Of a stretch of DNA of 64,000 bases, positions 20,101 through 32,100 are shown in pieces. Source of the DNA: Porphyridium purpureum (lineage: Eukaryota); the NCBI GenBank assembly GCA_008690995.1, contig VRMN01000001.1:558001-622000 (forward strand), in the 5' to 3' direction. The notes beneath the pieces are model-generated. The model saw only the letters and a list, made by a program, of their open reading frames with translations. It searched no databases and was not told the origin of the DNA. The translations under genes and the position numbers were made by a program. The first letter of the stretch is position 1. Each line of letters opens with the position of its first letter.

Positions 20101-23100
20101 GTTTCGTTTAATGTGGCCGCGGAGTTGGATGCTGCGCAAGATGATACAAACTTGGTCAGAGCGGTTGACTGTGCTGGTGAGCATGGCGCAGAAACGGCTG
20201 CATTACGTTTCGTTTGCGTCGGCCCGTTCCAAATTCAGCAGCGCCATCCGCCTGAAGTCGTTGCTCCTTCCCATGCAGCGGACGAAGCCGAGCTCGAAAG
20301 CGCATCAACGAGAATTTTTTCCCAGGACGACTACTCGCTTTCAGCACCATCCACGCGTGCAAATGTGTTCAAGATTGCTCGCGCGATGGTTCTGGGTCGT
20401 GGTATATTGCTGGAAGGCGCACCTGGTATTGGCAAGACCAGCGTGGTGGTCGCTCTGGCGCGTTTAACGGGCCAAGAACTCTTGCGGGTCAATTTGTCTG
20501 AATTTACGGAAATGAGCGATTTAATCGGTTGTGATGTTCCGGGTGCCAAGCCGGGCATTTTTGATTTCAAGCGTGGCCCCCTACTAACCGCACTGCAGCG
20601 GGACTGCTGGATTCTACTGGACGAACTCAATCTCGCTTCGCAGTCGGTGCTCGAAGGCCTCAATGCACTCCTGGACCACCGCAAGCAGCTGTACATCCCG
20701 GAGCTCAATTCAACAGTTCATGCCGGTGCAAATTTCCGGCTCTTTGCGACCCAGAACCCATCGAGTGACGGTGGCGGTCGCCGCAGTTTGCCAAAGTCGT
20801 TTTTAAACCGATTTACTCGCGTGAGTATGCAAGCGCTGTCTGACCAAGACTGTGAATGCATTTGTAGCGCGCAATTTCCCCACCTTTTGCGCTGCAGCGT
20901 CAGGCTAGGTGGAGCAGACGAGCACTTGCGAGCCGAAGAACCCGCTATTCCATTCCTCGTACGCACCTTTAATGAGCTCAATCTTCAGCTTGGTGACGAT
21001 GGATCGATGGAGCGCTTAAATTTGCGAGATTTGTTGCGATGCTGCAGGTTGCTCGTCACATGGATGCCGCCGCACGTGCCAGCGACGGGCCTGTCTGATA
21101 TGGACGACAGCATGACCTTGAAGAGGACGTTGGAGGTTCGAGATGATTCTGTCTTTGCGGCGTTTGACGTGGTGGTCATGGCACGGTTGGGCAGTGCAGC
21201 GCAGCGAGCTCAAGCGTTCCATGTACTGAGAAACTGCTTGCACTCGCGAATCGATGACGAAGATACCACCGGTTCTGTAAAGCTGCAACCACCTGCACCG
21301 CTAAAGCCAGAAATAATGATTCTCAACGGGTCGCCGCATTTCGTGATTGGCAGGGCCGTACTACCGTGTTCAAGCGCAGGTCGCGAGGTATATGATTCGT
21401 GGAGAGCAATAGAACGGACTTCCGCAGGCTCGCTGGGTAGCCCCGCGCCGCCCCTGCTGAGCCTGACGTCTCAGCGACGTGCGTTGCACGCAGTGGCACT
21501 TGCTGCCCAGCATGGCTGGCCCGCATTGGTTGTAGGTGGTGGCAGTGAAAGTTTTGGGCGGGGGGTCCCGCAGACGCGAAAGAACGGGAAGGCGGCGCTG
21601 ATACGCGCACTAGCTCTTAGTGCCGGACGCGAGTTGCTCGAATTGGCGCTTGGCGTTGGCGGCGTTGATGCCAGCGATTTGCTCGGTGCATACGCACAAG
21701 TCAATGTGCGTTCCGAGCTCTTGAACATTGGTCGCGGACTTTCGTTTCTTATGGATCGCTTTCAGGCGGCCGCACTTTGTCTTGTTGATAACAAAGTCTT
21801 GGAGGATCGGATGATTCCGAGTAGCGAAGAGCCTGTGGAGGTTCTGGCTCGTTTAGAGCGTGAGCTGCGCGTGTTTGTCTTACAGCTTTCTGAGGAAGAC
21901 ACGCTTTCCAAAGACGATAAAGCTGGTACACAGCCTCACGCTTTCCTTGACGAAGCAGCCGAAGAAGTTCTTCTCACTCGGAAAGCCGTGGCGATGGTCC
22001 AGGATGTAGCGAGGCTGTGGCAGAATTTGAAAGGATTCGGCTTTCTAGCTCTTTCAACTGTGCAGCCACGACTTGAAAAGCTGACAGAGCAGAGCGCTCG
22101 CATGCTCCAACTTGTTGGAGCTGCGCCGGGAAGGACCTCGGTTCTTTTTGAGTGGAGGAAAAGTGCGTTGCTGAATGCCGTCGAAAACGGTGATTGGGTC
22201 CTGATTCGACATGTTGACTCTATTCCGCCCGCATCGCTCGATCGCCTCAACCCGCTTCTGGAAGAGCCTGGCGCCGTCGTGCTTTTGCCCGAGGCGCCGC
22301 CGCCGCCGAGACATCAAGACCAGTGCTCAGATACTGACAGGGAGACCAGCACGCGAACAGAAAGTCTGGAACACGCACATGTCAGAATTCATCGTGACTT
22401 TCGGCTCTTCATGACAGCGCGATCAGCCATTGGGCTGTCCAAGGCTCTGCGAAATCGGTGTGTGGAGGTGTGTCCGGACGCCTTTGATGATTACGAGTGC
22501 GGCGACGATGTCCGCTCGAATACTCTAGGACCGTCTAACATTTCTAGCCATCTAGAACTGACCAGTGTCGCTTCAGCGGCTGGTGCTCCATTGCATGCAG
22601 CTCAACAGTTTGAGCTAGTTTCTTCGCGCGTTAGATCAGAAGACGAGGAGGGGGAGGATCAAGCTTTTGACTCGGCAGGACCGATTTTGAGCGGCATGGC
22701 TTGCAGTGCACTGCGTTTGGCCGAAGCCGCCGCGCACGATAGCCGGCTGGTGTATGCACATGGCAATGGGAGCTCAGACAGTGCGCTGCGCTTTGCCTTA
22801 CGCACGTGCAGAGTGAGTGACATGCGTTTGCGCGTCGCTTCGCTTCTCGCGCGATGTACCAATGCGCGTGCTCTGGGCGAGATTTTTAGGCTGCAGCGAT
22901 CAGATGCGCTGCAAAATGGGCACTTCTTCGAGCGACTCAATATGCAGCCAACGTTTCTACGGGATATGTTGTCTTCGTCGTCGAACGAGTATGGACATAC
23001 GACGCGGGGTGTCCAGATGCAAACACTGCAGGTGGCACAGCTCGTGCTGTGCGTTTGGCGGTCGTGGTTGAGATATGGTGCGAAAGACCATGCTCTCGTT

Positions 23101-26100
23101 TGCCAATCGTTGCAGGCCTTGCAAAATGCGCCGGAAAATGAAGACTGCAGGTGTGTGAGCGCGCAATGCGTTTGGTATGATGTGACCGCGATGCTGCTTC
23201 GCATAGCGAGCGCTTTTTCGCACGAACAAGTTGGTCAAGCCCGCATGAGCCTTTTGGTAGACATCATCGTTGATACGGCGCAGGTCGCGGAATTATGTCG
23301 CGCGCTCTCGCGTCGCGACGCAGCGCAAAAGTGGCGCTCCGTGGGTGCTTTTCTCGAAAGGATGACTTTGTGCGCATCTCGCCTGCACACCGGACGATGT
23401 GCGAGCGGCGAGTGTCAAGTGTGTGACGCGGAGCCCGAGCTTGACGGAATGTTTCAGAGCGAAAAGGATTTGGTGCTGCATCGCGATGCCGAAAAGCGAT
23501 TTGCCTACTTGAGCATGCCCAGCAACCCCAGTGGGGAGGGTGCTGACGATGGCGGTGATGATGCCTTGTGCGTGGTGCGCAAATGTAGCGTTGAAAAGTA
23601 TGCAGCGCTACCAGCAGGCGCAACTGACAAGCAGCGACTGGTTCCCATGGAGAGCGAAGGACGCGGTCATGACTGGGAACACGACCAGGCTGTTCAAGCC
23701 CGCATTCGAACTCACATGTTTTATGCTGACGCCGCAGGTTGGTATGTTGTCGAGAACGCATTACTGCTTGTTTCACGAACTGCCGCAGCACTTGACTGGA
23801 GCTCAGGTGCGTCGGAACACGCCGACTGTCTTGTCGCTTCCTGCTTTGTGCACACGAAGATGCCGGGCGACGAAGGTAGCATTCTATCGTACGCGGCTGG
23901 TAAGAACGATGTGATGGACGAGATCTGTGAGCTTTACTTCCCCTCAAAGCCGCGCCTTGCGCTGCGCATTCTCTGGCCGTGGGTACGAGGAGTTGCGAGT
24001 CTGGTATGCGCGCTTATGGAGCTCGCCCACATGTGCAGTGATGGTGCAAAGAACCGCTTTGGGTCATTGGCGCAGCGGAATGCGGACTTTTGCACGGCCT
24101 CATCCAATCGCATGAGCGCTGCAGTAGAGGCTATACTCCAGTCCCTCCCGGAGCTAGTGGCTCTCTTCCGTTTCGCTTTGATTGTGTTTCCCAGTGCAAG
24201 AGTTGCTTCTTTTCGGACCCATGCTCGTCGCAGCCCTTCTGATCTACAGGTGTCACAATCGACTTCACCATCTCTCGCAGAAATGATTGCATCGGTAGTG
24301 CACTTGCATGAGTCGTGGGTACAGCACCCGCTCGTGCATGGAAGAATGCAGGCTCTTTCAGAGGCCAGCGAGTGCGAGGCTTGCCATGACGTAGATCATT
24401 TCTGCAATTCAAGGCGGAGCACAGCTACGCGAGCACTTTTTCAATATACGACGCTTCGCTCGGTGGTGGTATCACTGATGGATGACCTGAAGCTAGTTCT
24501 TTCTGATCTTTTGGAAGCACCAGTATTAGCTTCGCTCCGTACGCGCGAACAAATCAACCCATGGAGCTCAGCGCAAGTGTGCAAGTTTCCAAAAGTGCGT
24601 GACGCGGCAACGATAAGCCTTGAGCGCAGATTCTGGGCGTTGTGTGACAATATGGAGGTGTCCTTGGATTGTCAGGCGGATTCAACCCAATCAGGGCGTG
24701 GACGTGATGCTCCTCGAATGCTCCTTCGCAAGGGCGCGCTGCAGATGCTCATGCAAGCCGCCAGCACGCTTCTCTTTATGCGAACTCCCCGCCCCAGTGA
24801 TCATGGCTCGCTCAGAGTCGCGCAGGAGTCTCTTGCACGGTTGTTGGAACATGTGGAGGCGGCGATACCGTCTTTTGCTCCCCAAGGACCCGACGTTGAG
24901 ACCATGCAGGCTAGCACGACAAGCGCTGTTGTCGTCGCAGCACAGGCTCGACGTTTGAACGCGGCTGGAAGTCCAGAGTCGACACGCAAGCCCATGCTGT
25001 TTGGCCAGCTTGTGCTTCGGTACATTCTGGATTCCCTAATCGCCGGCCATGCGGCCAGCCTCGGCAGCACAGGTGATCAAAGCGATGACGGTGAAAATGG
25101 CGGCGGGAACTCCTTGAATTGGCAGGCTAGCAACCAGCGAAAGACTCTTTTTGTGCAACTGTGCCTGAGCGCGCCAACGTGCGCGCCGATGCGAGAGTTT
25201 CTCGCGGTCCAGCATGCTTTGTGGAGGACTGAGCTGCGAGAAGGAAATGTAAACATCTCGGAACTGGGCAACGATGACGAGGAAGCTCGTGCCGCTTGGA
25301 TGGCAGGCCTACGGACGTGGTTGGTCGGTCAGTCGCATTCACACCCGGAGGAATCAAATGCGCATGCGCACTTGGTCACAGACTTGTTTTGCGTGTCGCG
25401 CGCGAATTTCTGGTTCGGCACCGAGGCGCCATGGATTCGACTGAGCAGCGTGCATCGCTGCTGGACCCTGCTTACATGCGTCCTGGCCCTTTCGGCTGAT
25501 AAGAACCGCATCAGCGGTGGAGCGCACGGCAAGAAATTGCTAGATAGAAAGGCTCGCGCACAGGAAGCGTCACTGCTTTCCTTGGATGCATTCGTGACCG
25601 ACTCCGTTTGGACTTCGACGCTGCTTGCGCTAGGAGCGGACTTTGATCCAGATTGTTGTGGACGTTGGAACGGGCGCGCGAGCGTTGCGGCGCTCTGTCC
25701 AGATGGCCATGAAATGGTTTTGCAGCGACAGCAGCCGCACCACCAGCAGGGCAAGGGCCGTTCAAACGAGGGCTCACCCGCATTCGCAAGCATGTTTATG
25801 ATGGGACGGCATATGTTTTCGGTAGGTATGCGTAGCATGGAAAATTCGATGCCATCGTCTGTGCTTGATGCCAGTAACGTCGCGCTTGCGCTTGCAGAGA
25901 TGAACCATCTGACGGCGGTGCGCCGGCACGTGGCGCGGTGCTTGAACGCTACACTCGCATGCACTGACTCGAACCGTCGCCTTGGAGATCGAGCTTACAA
26001 CTCTAGCGAAGAAGCCGTCGTCGCAAACACATTTTCTGCTGCGTCCGCAATGAGCTCTGCCGCGCAGTGGGCAGCACAATCGCAAGGACGTACTGACGAT

Positions 26101-29100
26101 GAAAGTCAGTATCAAGCTTTTCAAGGAGAATGTGAGCGCATTTTCCGCACATGTCAAAGCCGGGGAATGGCCATTATAGACGGGGTTGCTTCGCTTGTCA
26201 GATCATGTACAGACGGCGATACCGAATCTGACCGACTGCATCAAGCGGCAGTGGCACGATGGGTAGGTCAAGAACAAGGCCTGCAACTCACGCTGAGCAC
26301 AGCGCTCAGTCGCATACAGTCATCGCCTGTGTGGCGCGGCTACAGCGTGAGCTCAAAATTCTTGCAAGCTGCCGAGCAAGTCCGAACGGGTCTGAAGTTG
26401 GCCACGGGCGCGGTTGTGGAGCTTGGATCGTCAGGTAAGCAGCGAGCATCAAACTCGTTGAGTGAACTCAGGGAGCTGGTGCGATTCCTCACGCATGATC
26501 CGAGTCTATTGATCATGGTGAATTCAGGCGCGGCGCGCACTCGGGACCGCCTACTTTTGAGCATGGCAGATGACCGTGGTGGTAGACTTGGACTGCGTGA
26601 TACAGATCGTGCTCCGCTGCTCGTAGCTTTGCTTTCTGCATACGCTGCGTCGCTGCTGTCAGAATCTCATGATAAGGAAAGATACTGCCCACGCGCTTTG
26701 CGCAATGTCTCGCAGCTGTTTAAACGGTTGGTTCTTGCGTGGGACGATGAAGAGCAGTCACGGCGCATCGAGCAGGAAAAGCGCGACGATTTGTACCAGG
26801 CTAGGCGCAGAAGCGCGGCTCAGGGCCCGTCCCGAGATGAATGGAAAGGCAGCATTCAACTAAATGCCCACGACTACCATGCGCAAGAAGATGAGGCCTA
26901 CCTGCAAGAGTTTGGAGCAAACTCGTATGAATACATCGTCCGCTTGGAAATGGATGAAGAATCTCAAGAAGGACTGATGGCCGGTGATTCAAGCGCCGTC
27001 GCGGCGGAGCCGTTGCCGCGCTTTACTGGTGTGGTGGATACTGCCGAGCTTTATCGCCTGTACATGGCTCTTTTCGGACCGCGCAGGAACGATTCACTAT
27101 TCGAGACCGTGCGCGATTCAGCCGTTGTAGTTGCAGACGCACTTCACCACGTGCTTCATCCAGACGGCCCATTCACACGCGCGAAAGTTTTCGCAGAGGA
27201 CTTATGGGATTCCAGCTTGAATAACAGGATGAGTCGCACAGATGCCGCGTCAAACGCTGGAGATGTTGAGAATCTGTGCCGACCATTACTTATTCAGCTG
27301 GCTGCCTCGGAGGTGAGTGTGATGTTGCCGCCGAAACCTGAATTACGTGATGATAGCGATCTTGCAGGCGAAAAATCTTCCGGGAAAGTCGCGTTGAATT
27401 TTTACAAGGATGCAAACGTTCGAGAGATGCACACTGCAGCGCGGAGTTTGGAGGCCCTACTGGCTCGAGTGAATTTGATTTTCAGCGGAATGTCAGGGTC
27501 ACAGCACCCAGTGCTGGAGCGAGTGGCAGCGCTGGCGCAAGCCCTCCTCCGTGCACCGTTCCGCACACCGCTGGGCAGCGTAGTTAGCGCCTTTGAGCTG
27601 CTCCTTCGTGACATGGCTGAGTGGGATAAGAAGTACGGCTCTGCGACAAACGACTCGCGGCTTGACATACCCCGTACCCAGCTCACCCAGCTTGTGATGA
27701 GATGGCGAGGTATTGAGCTTGCATCGTGGAGGCAATTGCTCACAGACCGCGCTGATCAGGCCGAGAAGCGGGGCAAAGACTGGCTTATGCATTTGCTAAA
27801 CACTGTGCTAACCATGGAAAGTGCAGTGGCTTCAGATGATGACAGTGACAGTGAAGACTTATCATTTCCCGTGGCGGCCTCACATGCACGGGAAAATGGT
27901 GACGAAAGCAGAAGCGAAACTGACCTCATTTCAGAGCTCATGGAAACTCTGGATCGCTTTATGTTCTCAAGCCCAGTTGGTGAATTCGAGGTTCGTGTGT
28001 GCGCGCTGGAAGCGTTGTCTGTGCATCTGACTGCATCCTTCTCTACGGATACACATCCGCAGGTTCCGGTGGCGCTGGTAGCGCGGTACGTCGCTGGGCT
28101 GGCACTATACTATCGGCAATTTAGTCATGGTGTGCACGGCGTCCGGCAAATGGCATGGGACGAGGCAACCTCGAAAATGAACGAGTTGGTGAAGTTTGCG
28201 CAGTGGGATCCGGACTCTCAACTGGGTAGCGAGCTGGAAAGTGGAAACATAAGCAGCAATCATCCTGACTACGCAAATCAACGGCAGCTCGAGTACCACC
28301 GCCTGAAAGCACGAGCAGAGAAGAACAAACGGACGCTGCACAAACTCACAAGTGCGTTTGACATTTGCATGCGCCAATCAATCGAGAACGTGGTCAGCGG
28401 TGCTCTGGGGCGCTCGCTTCTTGAGTCCTTCGGCCACGATCGCCACGAGGATACTAAAGCCAACTCAGTGTCGCGCATCGCAGAGAAAACAGCTCGGATA
28501 CAGAAAGGGCATGGTATGCACGGCATCCAGCCAAATACTCTGGTCTGGATGAATTCCGAGGCCTGGCTTGTCGACTTTGACGCAGGCGATCAAGCTGATT
28601 CGACGCAGCAAGCGGAAGACTTGGATCTCAGGCACACAAGGGCGACCGACTTGAGCCGTAAGATTCGCAGAATCGGGATTGGTCTTCATGCGGAACAAAC
28701 ACCAGGGAACGGGCCCCGACTGCTGAGCGTCGCGTTCTCTTGTGCTGAATTGGACGAAGAGATTCACGCACGTGCGGCATTTTTGCGGGACTTAGTTGGT
28801 AACAGTGTCGATCTCAAGCAAAAGGCGCTGAGTGACTTGTTTTCGGCTCTAAAGGCGCTCGGTATATCGCATCATGCCGGGCGGCGCGGTTTCGGCGGGG
28901 AGCAAGCCGACGAGCAGCTGCGCCGTGTACAATGGCTGGCAACGCCGCTTCTTTCGTCGCTCCGTTTCCCGTCGAACGGAAGTTTTTGTTCGGAGAGCGG
29001 TGTTTGTGCGAATTCCCAGAGGCTTCTGGCCATGGACCGTCTTTTTATGACATGCGCGCTCGATTTTCAGAGACTGACGCATGCTGCGCACTCTTCGCAA

Positions 29101-32100
29101 CTGCACTCGGATATTCAGCGTTCCGTTGCAAGCAGGATGTACGGGCACGCGGCGGTGCTGGCTCGCATGATCATGGCCCAGCGCCGTGCGCTTGTTCCAG
29201 CCATGCAACAGCTGCTCAAGTTACAGAAGGCCTCCCGCGAGCTTCAAATGCCTTTGTCATCCAAGGTTTCGATATTGGCGACAGAATCAGCGCGCAAGGC
29301 TTGCACAAAGTATCAGCGCGTGTTGCTTGCGCAGTGTCGTTCACGCCTGCGAATAGTTGCAGCCAGAATGGAATGCGTGCTGAAGGCCCTGCGCGTTCTT
29401 GCTTACGCTGGTAAGTGGATGAGCACAGACAACTTTGGGTCAGGGTTACAAAGCTCCAAGGAGACTGATATGTATCGCGCTCTTGCGCTCATGATTTCGA
29501 AAAATGGCAGGTCGGGTGGCGTCGAAGAGGGGTTGCACGTTGTGATTGCTCAGCTGGTCGACTTGCAAGGCATCGTCTCGGCCGCTCTTCTTAATAGAAA
29601 TGATGCTGGCGCTCTCGAGATCAAAGTTCATGGCAGTGTCGACGATGAAACAGTTCATCAAATGCACGGTGCTCTGATGCGTTCTCGTGAAGCGCTCAAC
29701 CGCTGCCTCGATCAACATGCTTCTGTTGGAACCTCCCGTGCCATTGGAAATGCCAAGTACTTGTTTGTACGTTTTGCGGGCGAGATTCGCTCATTGATCA
29801 GTTCTTACACGGACGAAAAGGAGCGGCACGATGCTTTTGCCATTGACGAGGCGACTCGTGAACGGGTTGAAAACCGAAAGGATCCGGGTCACGCGAAAGA
29901 TTGTGAGCGTTCAGTACGAGAGCAGTGTGAGAGCATTGTTGAGCTTGTGCTCCTGGCTTCCCAAAAGGCGCGCAACTTGTATATGCCTCTCGAAAGTCAT
30001 CATACGGACAGCAGTAACCAAGCGACGATTAAGCCATCTTTTTCGCACACTGGAAATCTTCGCGCCATGCACCAGCAAATTCTGAATGTTTCTTCAGAGC
30101 TGGAGCTCAGTCGCTTGACGGAGCGCCTTCAGGCATTGCGCTTGCGGATGCGTGAGGTATCCCAGTCGGATCTCGCGTCTGCAGTGACACCTGCAGAAAG
30201 TCATAACCACTACGCTTCGATTTGCATGTCTGTCAGGTCAACGGAGCATATTTTGAATCATTTCGTGGGCAGCATTGCCGCTCGCATGCTGGACGGGATG
30301 CTTGCAGCGCACGAAGGTGAGCTGGCTTTGGCTCGGACGCTCATTCGACTGTTCTCAGTGCTTTGTGAAAAGGGCTTTTGTCGCCCGCCGCCAGACGAGG
30401 ACGATGCAACATCCGACAGGCAGGGTGAGGAGGATTGCGAAGGCACCGGTCTGGGAGACGTCGGGGACGGCTCCACAAGAGGTGCAAAGGACATCAGCAA
30501 AGAGATCGAGGATGCTTCTGAATTGCTCGACGCGGACAACCTACAGAAGGATGAAGCGCCGCAGGACGCAGCTGAGACAGGCCGATCGCGACAGCAGGAG
30601 GAAGATGAAAGCAACGCGTCTGAGTCCTCAGGCGTTGAGATGGAGGACGATTTTGAAGGTGACATTGTGGATGAGAAGCAGCGTAAGGATCGCGATCAAG
30701 GCAAAGACGAGGACGACCAGGAAAGCTCCGACGGCGAGGCGGAAAAGCAGTTTGGGCAAGGTAATGCGCTTGAAGAAAAAGTCGACGAAAAGTTTTGGGA
30801 TGGCGACGATGATGCAGATCCTGAAGGTGCTGAGGATTTCGAGGAAGAAAGCGGCACGGCAGATCTTCCCGCTCATGATAATTTGAACAAGGAGCTGGCC
30901 GCAAAATCGCAACACGATACTGAGCGGCAACCTGACAAGATTGGCGACGCGCCAATTTCGGCACCGCGCGATACCAACGATGATCCTAGTGATGGCAAAG
31001 CCGACGACGATGTGGAATCATCTCTCCAATCGAATGATAACATAGACGAAGGCGACGGTGACAACATGAATTCACGTGAGGCGGTGGATGTTGATGGCGA
31101 TGAGGGGATGCCACCTCGCGATGGCGATGCCGATGGTCTTGAAGATGGTGCCATGAGTGAGACGGCTAGTGAAGAGGAAGGAAGTCCGCACGACAAGCTT
31201 GCGAAGGACACTCTGTCAGATTCCGGTAAGCATTCTGACGATGAGGGTGCGCAGGATTCTGACCGACAGGATGAGCAGCAGCCGTTCATGAACCCTGAGT
31301 ATACTCATGAAGGCGAGAAGAGCACGCAAGATCCAGATGACAATAACGAGTCGGAAGACTTCAACATGAATCAAGGAGAAGGGTCTCCGAACGAAGATGG
31401 TGATGTCGACGGCAGTTCTGGATCCTCAGATAGAGGAGGTGACTCCATGCGTGACATGGATGAAGCCGCTGCGGGTGGCGATGAAGGGCTGAGCGAGGAA
31501 CGTGAGCAAAGTGAGCGCAGCTTTTCCGTAGATGGAGATGCTTCGGCGGAGGAGCCACGGGACAGAGCAAACATGGCGCAGGACGCGGCTGGGCGGGCGA
31601 CGACAAACGACGATGTTGCTGGCGGTTCTGGCGTCTGCGAGAGCGGTCTTGGTGCTGATGCTGGTGACGGTGCGCGTGAAAGGGATATGGAAGACGATGA
31701 CACAAATGCAGCTCGCGAAGGTGGCGCTGCAGGTGCGCGCCTTGATGCAGGAGCCGGCAGAAGTGCGCCGTTTGACGCTTCACATAATCATGGGGCCCTT
31801 AATGACCAAGCTGTGTCTGCTGCCGCGCCTAGCGTGGGCGACCGCGGTCATGACTCTGCCACGGAGGAGCAGATACAACCCAGTAAGGAAGAGTCAAACT
31901 ACGTCGACAACCCGAATCCTTTGCGTGTGACAACAGAGCAACTTGGCGAGCTGTGGAAGAAAAAACTGCGCGTTCTCGACGATGATACAGAGGTGACTCC
32001 ACAAGAGAACCGTGGCGGTGACCAGGAGAACACCGCTCCAGGTGAAAGTACAGAAGGACTTGAGGTGGCGTTCGAGCGACACGACAGAGGGGAGTCCGGA